This document shows positions 46,500-57,009 of a stretch of DNA of 64,000 nucleotides, piece by piece. Source of the DNA: a virus; IMG/VR virus record IMGVR_UViG_3300042397_000787, one strand, 5' to 3'. The stretch's first letter is position 1. Every line of letters begins with the position of its first letter. The notes under the pieces were generated by a model that was given only the letters and a program-made list of their open reading frames with translations, was not told the DNA's origin and did not search any database. The position numbers and the translations under genes are program-made.

Positions 46500-46876
46500 T
46501 AGCCTAGGTCTCCTTGATCTTGATGTTGTTGTGGACCATAACCGGAAACCTTAGCAAGTTCTAGGACTACTGCACCTGAGCCAGAAGAAAAGTCAACTAC
46601 AATATCTGAGCCATTTTCTTCGTTGTCTGACCAGCCCAAGAATTCCATCTTGCCTGTACCAGAAAGATAATATAGAACTTCACTGTCTCTAGTAACCGTA
46701 GCGGTATCTCCATCTGACATTCCCCAATGAATGGTACGAATGTTTACTTTAGGTGAAGACTGTGTTTCAGATGTCTTCTTTAGGTCGGTAGCAAGGGCAA
46801 TAGTGGCAGACCCAGTCCCGCGCACTTTCACCACGCCATGAACTTGTGTTAGTTTTAGAATTGCTTTAGTCGCCAT
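46499..46876 (-). CDS. Hypothetical head-module protein
   Basis: ORF between gp67-region genes and gp21. Confidence 0.7.
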   Translation of the reverse strand: MATKAILKLTQVHGVVKVRGTGSATIALATDLKKTSETQSSPKVNIRTIHWGMSDGDTATVTRDSEVLYYLSGTGKMEFLGWSDNEENGSDIVVDFSSGSGAVVLELAKVSGYGPQQHQDQGDLG

Positions 46877-46892
46877 TTACTATTCCCTTTAA

Positions 46893-47366
46893 TTATTTCT
46901 TCTTACCGCGAAGAAGTTTAAAATCGTGTCCGTCAACTTTACCATTCTTATTGGCGTCAATCTTATGCTGATCGCCCTTTAGTTCTTCGTCAGTCTGTTC
47001 TACTTCTTCGTTGGCTTTCTTAGCCCTCTCAATTGTTTTGAGCGCACGCATAGAACCCATCATGTCTTTGTTCATCTTGGCAAAAGACTGTGGTTTCTTT
47101 AACGAGCTGGATTTACCATCTGCACTAGTATTATAATCTCTTTCGTGCTTTCCTTTTAGGTAACGATTCGCCATATCGGAAGAGATTTCATCGATTGTTT
47201 CGACTTCTTCGTTCGACAACTTGGCAGCAATAGCCATCTGACGGCGCTTCTCGTCGCTCTTACCCTTGAATTGAGGAGCATCGGAGTCCTTGAAGTCTTT
47301 GATAACATCACCCATCTTGGCTTTCGCCATGTTGATGCGCTCTTGAAGTTGTTTATAGGTCTTCAT
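46893..47366 (-). CDS. Putative capsid-internal/prohead core protein
   Basis: MKTYKQLQE N-terminus, EEVETIDE and EEVEQTDEE linkers, DANKNGKVD EF-hand-like tail. Confidence 0.7.
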   Translation of the reverse strand: MKTYKQLQERINMAKAKMGDVIKDFKDSDAPQFKGKSDEKRRQMAIAAKLSNEEVETIDEISSDMANRYLKGKHERDYNTSADGKSSSLKKPQSFAKMNKDMMGSMRALKTIERAKKANEEVEQTDEELKGDQHKIDANKNGKVDGHDFKLLRGKKK

Positions 47367-47613
47367 CGGTGTCCTCTATTTCTTCTAAATCGCCATGGTC
47401 ATTTTCGTCGGTTACTTCGTAGTGATCGAAATCTTCGACATCATTATCTTCTGGCGTATCGTTATAAATTCCAGCTGCCATATCTTGTCGCATTTGATCT
47501 AATTGTTCGCCTGCTTTAAGGTCCATAATATCATTAAAAACTTGTTCGGCATCTGCAAAGGTGCCGCTTTCAATGTTATTTATTAAGTCACTAATGTTAC
47601 TGTTGTCCATCAT
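47353..47613 (-). CDS. Prohead core protein (gp67-like)
   Basis: Small, very acidic, immediately after portal. Confidence 0.7.
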   Translation of the reverse strand: MMDNSNISDLINNIESGTFADAEQVFNDIMDLKAGEQLDQMRQDMAAGIYNDTPEDNDVEDFDHYEVTDENDHGDLEEIEDTDEDL

Positions 47614-49171
47614 CTTGTCCTTGGTTTTGCTGTTGATCCGCTGCTGGCGGTTCACCCTCTAGTGAAGAAAAATCGGGCGGCGAAACTTCAGGAGGACTTG
47701 CATCATTTTGCTTCTTAATCTCACCAATTTCGTCGTCCGACAATTTAAGAATTTTATCTTGAACATACTCTCTACTATACATTGTGCCGATAAACGGTGC
47801 AACACCTTGAAGAATTTCAACTCTAGACTGTAGAATTTGTTGTTCTTTGGATTCTGTATAGAAAGCATCGGTTGCAAAAACATACTTGATATCATATCTC
47901 ATCTTTTCCCAATCGGCTTCGGTAATGATACCTTTGAGAATAAGTTGGGTCTTTAGTAGATCATCAAATAGAAGTGTGAAACGACGGCGCAGTTTAGAAA
48001 TAAACTTTGTAAACTTCCATTCGTCTCTATTGATTTCAGCAGCACGACCAAAGTTAAGGCCAGTTTGCTGTTCAAGTCTTGACATCGGAACGTTCAACGC
48101 TTGATATAGTTTGCGCTGAAAGTATTCGATGTCTCCCATTTCGCCTAAACCCTGACCACCTGGTAGAGTTTCAATCTGTGTTCCTCTGCCACCTTCGCGG
48201 CGAGGCAACCAGAAATCTTCAAGCATTGACATAAACTTTTTATCATCACGGATTTCGCCAGTCTGAGAATCGTAAACAACCTTGTTACGATACTGGTTCA
48301 TGATACCCTTGAGATACTGTTCGGCTTTAATCTTTGGAAGATTGCCAACATCAACGTAGAATACACGGCGCTCTGGCGCTCTCGTGATACGATAGATGAC
48401 TGCGGCATTTTCCATCATACGCAACTGATTTGCTGGGCGAATAGCCTTATGCAAATAAGAAAGCGGCATATTTCTGTCCATGTCCTTCAAGCCAGAAGGA
48501 ACAAAGCAGATAGAATCTTTTTCGATGCGCATGGTGGCACCGGCGGTAGCAGAGATTGAGGCAGCTGGCGTAAAAGTTTTGTTTGGAACTAGGCCGCGTT
48601 CATTGTATATAAAATATTCTTTAATCTCTTTAATGAACTCTACGCCTGTTTTTGTATCCTTTTCTTTTAGGATCTCTCTCATCTTCTTAATTTTTCTTGG
48701 GTCAATATAGCGAATGTCTGCTAGACCCTTCTTTAGATTTGCAGTATCAACAACTTTATGGAAGAACAATCTTCCGTCAATGTACCAATGTCTAAAGTAA
48801 TCTTGCGCTCTTAGATTGAAGTCCAACATGTTAAGTAGCAGTTGAAATTCATCTTGCACCATTTTTTTAATATTCTTTGACAATTCTACTTCGTCAAGAT
48901 CAATTTTTACTGGAACTTCATCGTCAAGATTTGCAATTGAATCGTTTACGATATCATCAATAGCAGTATCGATATCTGCCATCATAGAAATTTCACGATA
49001 CTTACGAATTAATTCTATTTCATTATTTGCGGTGCCATCGATATCGATGTATGTGCCATAGTAGCCACCGGCTCTGATAGTTTCTACACCACCATCGTCC
49101 GTTGGCGCCACAAACGATTTCTCAGTTTGTGACGCCGTAGACTTTTCAATTTTATAACCAAATATCTGCAT
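47597..49171 (-). CDS. Portal protein (gp20-like)
   Basis: WYIDGR, YRITRAPERRVFYVDVGNLP, EDFWLPRREGGRGT. Confidence 0.97.
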   Translation of the reverse strand: MQIFGYKIEKSTASQTEKSFVAPTDDGGVETIRAGGYYGTYIDIDGTANNEIELIRKYREISMMADIDTAIDDIVNDSIANLDDEVPVKIDLDEVELSKNIKKMVQDEFQLLLNMLDFNLRAQDYFRHWYIDGRLFFHKVVDTANLKKGLADIRYIDPRKIKKMREILKEKDTKTGVEFIKEIKEYFIYNERGLVPNKTFTPAASISATAGATMRIEKDSICFVPSGLKDMDRNMPLSYLHKAIRPANQLRMMENAAVIYRITRAPERRVFYVDVGNLPKIKAEQYLKGIMNQYRNKVVYDSQTGEIRDDKKFMSMLEDFWLPRREGGRGTQIETLPGGQGLGEMGDIEYFQRKLYQALNVPMSRLEQQTGLNFGRAAEINRDEWKFTKFISKLRRRFTLLFDDLLKTQLILKGIITEADWEKMRYDIKYVFATDAFYTESKEQQILQSRVEILQGVAPFIGTMYSREYVQDKILKLSDDEIGEIKKQNDASPPEVSPPDFSSLEGEPPAADQQQNQGQDDGQQ

Positions 49172-49194
49172 TAAATTATCCTAGTTGGATGGAA

Positions 49195-49707
49195 TTATGC
49201 AGTCAGATAATGTGAGTAGTTAAAGGTTACGGTGAACTCTTCAATTACGTCATTCTGACCATACTGTAAACCAATTTCCGACATGTTAATCGGGAAAGCA
49301 TTATAAAGAACATACGTCATAAGTGGATCGTCATTACGATCTAGATGTTCTACTGACATATCAACTTGATAGTCAATTGGATTTAGAATACCAGTGTTGG
49401 CTTCTAGATCATTCATACCATTCATCCACTCTTCGAATGGGCGACGAAGCGACATAGCAGTGTCGTTGACAACTGTGATTGTGAACGGATCAAAGATACG
49501 CTCACCTGCCAACTTAACTTCGCGGCCGCGGTATTGAATGATTGTTGGGTTTACTGTTGACGCAGGAAGTGCTGCACCAGTAACTAGTAACGAGTATTCT
49601 GTATCCGGTACCGAAGAAACGTAGCCTGGGAATGTTAGAATAACACGGAACTGGTTTGGTCTAGCACCGCCAGCCCCTAGTAACCCTTTAAATTTTGAAA
49701 TATCCAT
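49195..49707 (-). CDS. Tail tube protein (gp19-like)
   Basis: GGARPNQF, YRGREVKLAGER, IEEFTVTF.Y. Confidence 0.95.
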   Translation of the reverse strand: MDISKFKGLLGAGGARPNQFRVILTFPGYVSSVPDTEYSLLVTGAALPASTVNPTIIQYRGREVKLAGERIFDPFTITVVNDTAMSLRRPFEEWMNGMNDLEANTGILNPIDYQVDMSVEHLDRNDDPLMTYVLYNAFPINMSEIGLQYGQNDVIEEFTVTFNYSHYLTA

Positions 49708-49740
49708 TTATAAATCTCCTATTTCTATTTAGTCGGGTTA

Positions 49741-51423
49741 TTAGGCGCCAACTTCTGTGAACGATACTGAGGTACGAACCGCAACAAAGTTCAGATAGAT
49801 GAAGTTAATCGAACGTGCTGGCTTGATGTAGATATCAGCAACAAATTCATTGCGGTCGATAACTTCGCCAGTGTTGTTTGTTTCATCGCAAACAACGCGG
49901 AAGTCAAAGATACCACGACGGCCGCGAACGTCACGTAGGAATGGTTCAACCATCGAACGAAACTGTGCGCGACTAAAGACATCGTTGAACTCAAAGAGTT
50001 GATACTTGGCCGCAGTTGCGATAGCCTTTTCAAGAACAATGAATAGACGGCGAACATTGATACGGTCGAATGCGCTTGGCTTAGCAAGAAGAGTCTTATC
50101 ACCGTAAAGTAGAGTGCCTTCACCTGGGAAGGTAGCTACTGGGTTAACACCATTCTTGTAAAGTGTGTCGCGTTCTGTTTGATTTGGTGACCAAACTAAC
50201 TTAACAATATTCTTGAGTTGACCGCGATTGAAGCCAGCAGGTGACCACCAGGCATCGTTTGTCTGATCTGTGCGGGCGCATAGACCAGCAGTATCAGCAT
50301 TCAGAGGAACATTGATGTATTCATCATTATAGCGGTCATACTGGCGCTTCCAGCCAGAATCCATGACGGCGTATGAAGTATTACGGTTAATATCATCTTG
50401 ACGATATTCAACTACATCCGCAGCTTCACTGCCAGCGTTGTTGTATACAGCGGCAAGGGGTGGTGATAGGAATACAACGCAATCTAAACGAGCTAACGCT
50501 ACGTTATCGATAACGTGAGTTACTACTGCGGCTGCGTGACCACCGGTTAGGACAAGTGAAATATCAACAATTTCTTTGTTTGCAAACAGGCTGTAAGCGT
50601 CTTGCAGATCACCAGTTGAGGGCGTAGCAACATTACCACCACGTAAGTCCAAAACTAGCGCGTCTTGGCCAGCGGTTTGACCGTCTTGTTCTGTACCATC
50701 AAATGCGGTTGCAGAAGTAGCACCCCAGTTTCTACCCGATGGGTGATTCATCCACCAGATATATTGTGATTGTTGGTTAAGAACTTCCTTGTAGTAGTTG
50801 TTTGTACCGTCAGCCAGTTTGTTACCAACCTGCTTAGAAGCAAATGCAAATCTTTCAACTACTGTATTGGTTGCGCCAGAAAAACGACCAAGTGTATCGA
50901 CAACTACAATGTGTAGTTCGTCATTCGAACAGCCAACCGCAGCGGCCTGGGCACTTGTGCCAGGGGCACCATCAAAGAATGAAGCATATTCCCAGCCAGT
51001 GAATGAAGTGGCGTCCGCATATTGAACTTCAAGGCTATTGCCATAAAGACCAGGGTATTTAGCAGCTACATCACCATTCGGGGTGCCACCGTTTGCATAA
51101 ACGGCTTCATAAACGTCTTGATTGGGAATGAAAACGCCGCTGCCTTCAGAGGTAGCATTCTCTGCGGCTGTGCCCACAGCACGAACAAGCTGCAGGTTGT
51201 TGCCATATGCCAAGAAGTTGGCAGCAGTGAACCAGTCGGTAGGGTCTAGTGGTAGACCAAAATACTTGCGAAGTTCATTTTCTGAACCCACGGTAAAAAT
51301 TTCTCCTACAGGACCCCAGTTGAAGTAACCAGCAAACGCGCCTGCCGAAGTCGATACGGCTGGAATAACGTTTGTTAGATCCTTTTCTGCTACTAGGACA
51401 CCTGGCGATAATTGAAAAGCCAT
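49741..51423 (-). CDS. Tail sheath protein (gp18-like)
   Basis: LSPGV, WGP, WWSPAGFNRG, FDRINVRRLF, KPARSINFI; late promoter at 51483-51490. Confidence 0.97.
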   Translation of the reverse strand: MAFQLSPGVLVAEKDLTNVIPAVSTSAGAFAGYFNWGPVGEIFTVGSENELRKYFGLPLDPTDWFTAANFLAYGNNLQLVRAVGTAAENATSEGSGVFIPNQDVYEAVYANGGTPNGDVAAKYPGLYGNSLEVQYADATSFTGWEYASFFDGAPGTSAQAAAVGCSNDELHIVVVDTLGRFSGATNTVVERFAFASKQVGNKLADGTNNYYKEVLNQQSQYIWWMNHPSGRNWGATSATAFDGTEQDGQTAGQDALVLDLRGGNVATPSTGDLQDAYSLFANKEIVDISLVLTGGHAAAVVTHVIDNVALARLDCVVFLSPPLAAVYNNAGSEAADVVEYRQDDINRNTSYAVMDSGWKRQYDRYNDEYINVPLNADTAGLCARTDQTNDAWWSPAGFNRGQLKNIVKLVWSPNQTERDTLYKNGVNPVATFPGEGTLLYGDKTLLAKPSAFDRINVRRLFIVLEKAIATAAKYQLFEFNDVFSRAQFRSMVEPFLRDVRGRRGIFDFRVVCDETNNTGEVIDRNEFVADIYIKPARSINFIYLNFVAVRTSVSFTEVGA

Positions 51424-51502
51424 ATTCTTCTCCTCGTTGTAAACTTGACAATATTAACTTGTCGTTTTATGTTTTATGTTTTTATTTATAAAAATGTAAA
51501 AG

Positions 51503-53143
51503 TTACAGTAGCCAACCTTCGCGCCGAGGTTCTTCGTCCTCGGATACTTTCCAAAGATCACCATTTGATACGAAATAGTCTTCTTGAAATCCATTATTTA
51601 TTGCTCCAAACGGGGTCATGTCCTCTTCAATTTGATCCATCTGGTCCTTATACATTCTTTCTCTGATATCAACATTTGTCATGTCTTTGAAGTATGGATT
51701 ACTTGTCATCCAAGCTAATAGAACCAGACTCATTACAAGATCATCAAAGTAACCTTCATCTGCCATCCAACTTCCCTGCTTTTCGATGAAAGTAGAGAAC
51801 TCAGAAATGGTTTCAGCATCAAATACTAATAATTTTTGTTCTTCAAGTAGAGATTTTAGAGCAAAACAACCCTGTCTCTTTACTTGTTTGGTCATTCTAA
51901 CACCGCGCTGAGTCTTTGTACCAAAACCAGGTGATAGATATTGTTTCAAAGCAGTCTTTACAGTAGTCAGAATATTATCATACTCTAACTCCATATGTAG
52001 AATATCGGCCACTTGCTGGCCGATATCATTAATTTCAACAAGAATATATGCCTTGTTGTAGTCGGTACCTACTTTAGCTACGATGTTAGGAAACAACATC
52101 GGTGCAATTTTATTATCACGATACTTAGCCACCAATTTGTATGGTGCTTCTGTAACATCCAAAACTGTGAAAGCAGAATAGTCTCCGCCTACACCTCGCG
52201 CCGTATCTACACCCATTGCGTAGATATGGCCGTCGATAGGTTCTTCAAAAATATCCAGTCCATCTTTTGCGTGAATAGGATCAATCGAACTCATTGCACC
52301 CAAAGTCTTGGCTGAAACGAGAGTGTTACTCGAACCAAGAAACTCGCAAAGAACTTCTTGGTTAAACTTTAGTTCTCCAAGCAAGCGTAGTTGCTCTTCT
52401 GCCCAGGCTTCATCTCTACCAGGAATTCTGTGGTAAGGAATAAACATAGGCACAAAGCCGTTGTTTCCTTTTTCAGCCTCGTTCCAGAATTTCCAGAAGT
52501 GATTGTAACCGAGGGGAGTAGAAGTCAGAAGAATCTTAGTTGTCTGACCAGCAGAAATCGTAGGATAAACAGAAGCAAAGAATTGTTCTGCGACGGTGTT
52601 TGGAATGATGGCGGCCTCATCGATGTATAGCCAGTTAACAGACTTACCACGAATACCAGATGCCGTTGTAGCAGCGGTGAAAATCTTAGAGCCGTTTTCT
52701 AGCTCTACGTCACCCTTGTTCCATGTCTTGACGCCCTGTTGCATCCATAGAGGCAAGTGTTCATACATACCCTGATAACGAGCCATAACTTCACGAGCAG
52801 CGGCCGTCTTATTGGCCATGATAGCCACGGTCTTGCTGTCTTGAAAGAGAGTATACCAAAGAATACATGCCGCAGAAGTGATAGTCTTACCCTGCTGGCG
52901 ACCTTCCATGAGAATCGCTTTACGATTATCTAGAATATGTTTTACTTTTTCTTTCTGGCAATCATACAACTTAAATAACTGAAGACCATAATCCAGTGTG
53001 ACAATCATACAATAATTTTCAATAAAGTAAATAGGATCTTCCTGGCACTTTTCAATTTCTGCCAGCTGTTCGAATGTAAAGTTATGCTTATGACCAATCG
53101 GCTTTAAGTTAATATTACCGTGATACGAGGATTCCTCACTCAT
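51503..53143 (-). CDS. Terminase large subunit (gp17-like)
   Basis: RQQGKT, YIDEAA, STPLG, GVDTARG, DDLVM. Confidence 0.97.
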   Translation of the reverse strand: MSEESSYHGNINLKPIGHKHNFTFEQLAEIEKCQEDPIYFIENYCMIVTLDYGLQLFKLYDCQKEKVKHILDNRKAILMEGRQQGKTITSAACILWYTLFQDSKTVAIMANKTAAAREVMARYQGMYEHLPLWMQQGVKTWNKGDVELENGSKIFTAATTASGIRGKSVNWLYIDEAAIIPNTVAEQFFASVYPTISAGQTTKILLTSTPLGYNHFWKFWNEAEKGNNGFVPMFIPYHRIPGRDEAWAEEQLRLLGELKFNQEVLCEFLGSSNTLVSAKTLGAMSSIDPIHAKDGLDIFEEPIDGHIYAMGVDTARGVGGDYSAFTVLDVTEAPYKLVAKYRDNKIAPMLFPNIVAKVGTDYNKAYILVEINDIGQQVADILHMELEYDNILTTVKTALKQYLSPGFGTKTQRGVRMTKQVKRQGCFALKSLLEEQKLLVFDAETISEFSTFIEKQGSWMADEGYFDDLVMSLVLLAWMTSNPYFKDMTNVDIRERMYKDQMDQIEEDMTPFGAINNGFQEDYFVSNGDLWKVSEDEEPRREGWLL

Positions 53144-53600
53144 GTTCTATCACTTTGGCTTTCTCGGCTTTCAATGCCTTAAGTAAATCAGATGTGGAAC
53201 CAGAAAAGATGATATTGTTTTGTGTATCAATATTCTGTTTCTTTGGTTCTTCTTCTCGCAACTTCTTTTTCTTTGCTTGCAAATCAAGAAGGTCTTTGGC
53301 TGCATCACCTGTGGTCTTAATCAACTGACCTACTACTTCATATGCACGAGGACTATCACTAGCTAGAGCGACATTCAACATACCTTCGAGTGCCTGTTGA
53401 CTGGTACCAATCAAATCGTTTAGTTTTTTTCTTGCGACTAGATAGTCATCTTCGATATCATCGCCAGTGGATATAATTTGAGGTACCAGAGGTTCTTCAA
53501 CCACTACTGGTAGTTTTTCTTCTTTCGAACTCAGAACTTCATCCATATGTGTGCCAAAAATGGCATCTAATTTATCGTATTGATTATTCGTAGGCTTCAT
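53136..53600 (-). CDS. Terminase small subunit (gp16-like)
   Basis: SPRAYEV, GSTSDLLK. Confidence 0.92.
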   Translation of the reverse strand: MKPTNNQYDKLDAIFGTHMDEVLSSKEEKLPVVVEEPLVPQIISTGDDIEDDYLVARKKLNDLIGTSQQALEGMLNVALASDSPRAYEVVGQLIKTTGDAAKDLLDLQAKKKKLREEEPKKQNIDTQNNIIFSGSTSDLLKALKAEKAKVIEHE

Positions 53601-54360
53601 CAAATTGCTCCACATAATTCCAATCGTCTAGATAGGATGCATCATTAGGCGTATAGGTTACTTGATACTTAATTTTTTCCAACGTATCCACACTCGGATT
53701 AATGGCCGCATACGTATTAGCAATCGCAGTTTTAATATAACCTTGCATATCAACTGGACCGTAGAAGTTTATACCAAGATTAAAGGTTAGATTCCACACA
53801 ATAGATTGTCTTTGTGTAAACTCACCTTCGTAATTGTCTTCGTATGAGACATTCTCTAGTATAATTTGTAAATCTCTTTTGATTCCCATTTCTGGAATAT
53901 CAGTTATGGACACACAAAAATCTGGATTGAAGAACGGTAAAATCTGTTCGATGATTTGAAGACCATCATCTTGATTTTTTGTCACAATAAAAAGAGATAT
54001 CGATAAAGTATATGGTGTGCTAGTATACTGCACTCTTACTTTATCTGCATCGTCGCCCACACCCACTGCTATATTCTTGGTAAGAATATTCAATTTCTGT
54101 TGTGGATTATATTGAAGGCCTGTAATCTCGAACCCAATTCTAGGCAATGTGATTGCAACCGACGCCGGATCGTTTCCAGGTACCGCAGCAACTCTTGCCA
54201 GAAACTTATCTTTAGGTCCGTATGCAAGGGGAACGCGAATAGACTGAGCTATTTCACCCGCAGAGTTTTTACGCTCTACGGTTAGTTGATTGAATATCGT
54301 TCCAAAAGCAATGATAGCTTTACGAATATGTTGATGATAAAAATGCTGCTTCAAAAACAT
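53584..54360 (-). CDS. Tail terminator/sheath stabiliser (gp15-like)
   Basis: FGTIFN, VPLAYGPK, LPRIGFE, EQILPFFNP. Confidence 0.93.
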   Translation of the reverse strand: MFLKQHFYHQHIRKAIIAFGTIFNQLTVERKNSAGEIAQSIRVPLAYGPKDKFLARVAAVPGNDPASVAITLPRIGFEITGLQYNPQQKLNILTKNIAVGVGDDADKVRVQYTSTPYTLSISLFIVTKNQDDGLQIIEQILPFFNPDFCVSITDIPEMGIKRDLQIILENVSYEDNYEGEFTQRQSIVWNLTFNLGINFYGPVDMQGYIKTAIANTYAAINPSVDTLEKIKYQVTYTPNDASYLDDWNYVEQFDEAYE

Positions 54361-55115
54361 TATGCCGCTGTCCTTACTTGAACTTCGCCGAATGGGTTGA
54401 AGGCGGTAAAGTCTACAAAGCCGGCTGCTTGTGCTTCAAATTCGTTTGTCTGGTCTAGAGGGTCAACGTTTGCTGTGCCGCTCTCTTGTAAGATAATCGA
54501 GTCTCCGGTATTTGATAGAACATAATCACCGGACTCCATGATAAGTTGCCACCCAAGATTGTCTTGTGTTTTACCATCGGTAATACTATCAATTTCTTCG
54601 ATCCCAGTATCAATGGTCTCGGAGCTAAATTCGAATACCTGGCATGACATTCTGTAAGTGTAAATCTTTCCTAACTGGTAGAAAGGATTTAGAAAATCTA
54701 CGTAGTTGATTTGAAAGAACGTCTTTGTCTTGGGAAAGAACAGTAAATCACCTTCCGCTGGACGCTCTGGCAACTGCAAATTTTCTGCATTTCTACCCAC
54801 AGATTCTTCCCAGCGGCGTCTAGCAACAACAAACGTTGCGGTAGACCTGAACTCGAAGCCAAACTTTGTTAGTAGCTCACCTTCTCCCTCAAAACCTTCT
54901 GTATTTTCAAGATACATTTCCAATGGGTATGCTTGGGTAAAATATGATAGGGCATCTTCATATAGAATTTCGTCTTTGTTACCTATAGTTCTAGGAAGAT
55001 AGTAAACATCATGTCCATAAATCTTCATGCTTTCGATAACCAGGTCCTCCAACAAACGCTGTTCGTTTGTGGTTCCCGACGTATTTCCTGATTGAAAGTA
55101 GAAGTTGGTAGGCAC
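54360..55115 (-). CDS. Neck protein (gp14-like)
   Basis: YGHDVYYLPR, RPAEGDLLFFP, FYQLGK, NPFGE. Confidence 0.93.
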   Translation of the reverse strand: MPTNFYFQSGNTSGTTNEQRLLEDLVIESMKIYGHDVYYLPRTIGNKDEILYEDALSYFTQAYPLEMYLENTEGFEGEGELLTKFGFEFRSTATFVVARRRWEESVGRNAENLQLPERPAEGDLLFFPKTKTFFQINYVDFLNPFYQLGKIYTYRMSCQVFEFSSETIDTGIEEIDSITDGKTQDNLGWQLIMESGDYVLSNTGDSIILQESGTANVDPLDQTNEFEAQAAGFVDFTAFNPFGEVQVRTAA

Positions 55116-55121
55116 GATAAA

Positions 55122-55772
55122 TTATACCGATGTTATCGTAAAGACTGCACTTGCAACTGCAGGTCTCACATAAGGTGTAGTTTGTGCGGCGGTGTATTCG
55201 AGACTAATTCTTTCATGATCGCTTAGAGCAAAGCGCAATTCAATATAATCGTCGGCCTCAATATCGTCAATAATCCATTGTTTAGCAAGTAGTTGATATA
55301 CTGGGTTTACCAACCCACCACCTCTGATTTGAATCTTAACGGCAGTTTCAGCAATGTCATCGCCATTCTTTGCTAACCAAAGAAAAACATCACGCTCGGC
55401 ATTACCAGTGCTTTTTACTTGCATTTCTAAAAATACTTTATAAGTACCATCGTTGGAAAGCACAACTCTAGATGGTTGGGCAGATGTGACAGTTACATCA
55501 TCAGTTAAATGTGCAGTAGTATCTGTATACCAGTCAAATGCATACACAGTATTAGAAGCATTGGCTGTTATGTTTGCTTTCTTGTGAAAACATCCTTGAG
55601 AGCGATCGGTATTGGATGGAGTTAAAATTGAAATGCCGCCTGGAGATACACCATCTGATCTGCGAAGTTCCCCTGTAGTATCATCATAAAATATCTCTCC
55701 CCTGCGACCAATATAATTGGTGGCAACAGTACCACCCATGTTTGCCGTGAAAATTTTTCTAGTTGTTGCCAT
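55122..55772 (-). CDS. Structural protein with Mtd-N-like N-terminus, inserted between gp13 and gp14
   Basis: GRRGEIFYD...LRRSDGVSPGG then a beta-sandwich-like domain. Confidence 0.65.
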   Translation of the reverse strand: MATTRKIFTANMGGTVATNYIGRRGEIFYDDTTGELRRSDGVSPGGISILTPSNTDRSQGCFHKKANITANASNTVYAFDWYTDTTAHLTDDVTVTSAQPSRVVLSNDGTYKVFLEMQVKSTGNAERDVFLWLAKNGDDIAETAVKIQIRGGGLVNPVYQLLAKQWIIDDIEADDYIELRFALSDHERISLEYTAAQTTPYVRPAVASAVFTITSV

Positions 55773-55775
55773 TTT

Positions 55776-56744
55776 TTATCCTACCATAAAATCGACGGGA
55801 AGTTCCGAACTTAGCTGCATGTCTTGTTGTATCATCCGAAGTTCTTCAACTGCTTCATCATAGACTTGCTGACCGTTCATGACGATGCCACCTGGTAATT
55901 GCATACCACCAAATTTTTTCATATTGATTCCCCACTGCTTTTTAATTAAAGCGGTAGCATATTCTTTCAGGAATCTATCATCATACACCTGAGTGTATGT
56001 ATTTGGATCGACAATGCGGTAGCATTCAACAATAATGAAATCGCCTGGTTGGAATACATCTCTCCAATTACAATGAATTTCTAGCTTATCTGTCTTACGA
56101 TTATATGCAAATGATCTATCACCAACTAGTAGCATATCAAGCATTGACAAATATTGTTGCATTTGGGTGTAGTAAATCATGTCTGCCGACAGAAGATTAT
56201 ACATGTCATTCATGCGGAATTGATACATAACATCAAACATATTGTTTGCGTTATTCATACCAGAGCTTGGACCGTTTACTGGCAATACTCTGATAACGCC
56301 AATAACGGCATCAGGAATAGATACATATCCATTCTCAATATCACCAGGAGTATAAAAAGTTGTGGAAGCTAGTGTTCTACTAAAGCCAGAGGTTTCGCCC
56401 GTGACTGTTTCACTTGCAACAAATGTGCCCGATACATCACTAACAGTTAAAGTTGTGCCGTTGATAGAAACAACGTTGCAGCTTGCGCCAGATGTTGCGC
56501 CGACCAACAACTCACCGACTGTGAATGATGGGGCCGACAGTCCAGTAAATTTAAGTGTTGCACCCGTAACCTGGTGTTGAAGATAAACTCTCTCAACGCC
56601 ATCAAAATGAAACTCTTGGAAATACTGCAATGCGTCATCGATACGATCTTCTATTTGATCGTCATCGACGTTAATTTCGATCACCGGAAAACCGAGTCTA
56701 CGGAGACAGTAATCTATTAACCCTTGTCTTGATGAAATTGCCAT
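55776..56744 (-). CDS. Neck protein (gp13-like)
   Basis: YCLRRLGFPVIEINV, ALIKKQWG.N..KF...QLPGG; late promoter at 56764-56771. Confidence 0.93.
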   Translation of the reverse strand: MAISSRQGLIDYCLRRLGFPVIEINVDDDQIEDRIDDALQYFQEFHFDGVERVYLQHQVTGATLKFTGLSAPSFTVGELLVGATSGASCNVVSINGTTLTVSDVSGTFVASETVTGETSGFSRTLASTTFYTPGDIENGYVSIPDAVIGVIRVLPVNGPSSGMNNANNMFDVMYQFRMNDMYNLLSADMIYYTQMQQYLSMLDMLLVGDRSFAYNRKTDKLEIHCNWRDVFQPGDFIIVECYRIVDPNTYTQVYDDRFLKEYATALIKKQWGINMKKFGGMQLPGGIVMNGQQVYDEAVEELRMIQQDMQLSSELPVDFMVG

Positions 56745-56766
56745 ACGGTGTCCTCTTTAGGACTAT

Positions 56767-57009
56767 TTATAATGAACCCATATCGTAAACTGGAGGACTT
56801 GTGCCAGTAATATCCCCCAGATCGATGGTTTCTGGAATAGTGAAAAAGTCCGGATTATACCCACCAACTTCGATAATACTACCGTCCGTCTTCTTTGAAT
56901 ACAATACGCCATCGGCTAAATTTACAGCAAGTTCACCGACTGAAATATCATTAGCACCTGGTATGGCGCCAGTGGTTTCACTTCTTTTAAGTTGGACAAC
57001 GGTCGACAT
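56767..57009 (-). CDS. Small fibre adaptor-like protein
   Basis: VQLKRS...GELAVN..DG; C-terminal IDLGDI / YDMGSL. Confidence 0.7.
   Translation of the reverse strand: MSTVVQLKRSETTGAIPGANDISVGELAVNLADGVLYSKKTDGSIIEVGGYNPDFFTIPETIDLGDITGTSPPVYDMGSL

Noticed and set aside
1132-53143. Introns, inteins or homing endonucleases in nrdA, gp41, gp43, gp17, gp20
   Set aside because: All are continuous ORFs of ordinary length with no visible splicing or endonuclease motifs.
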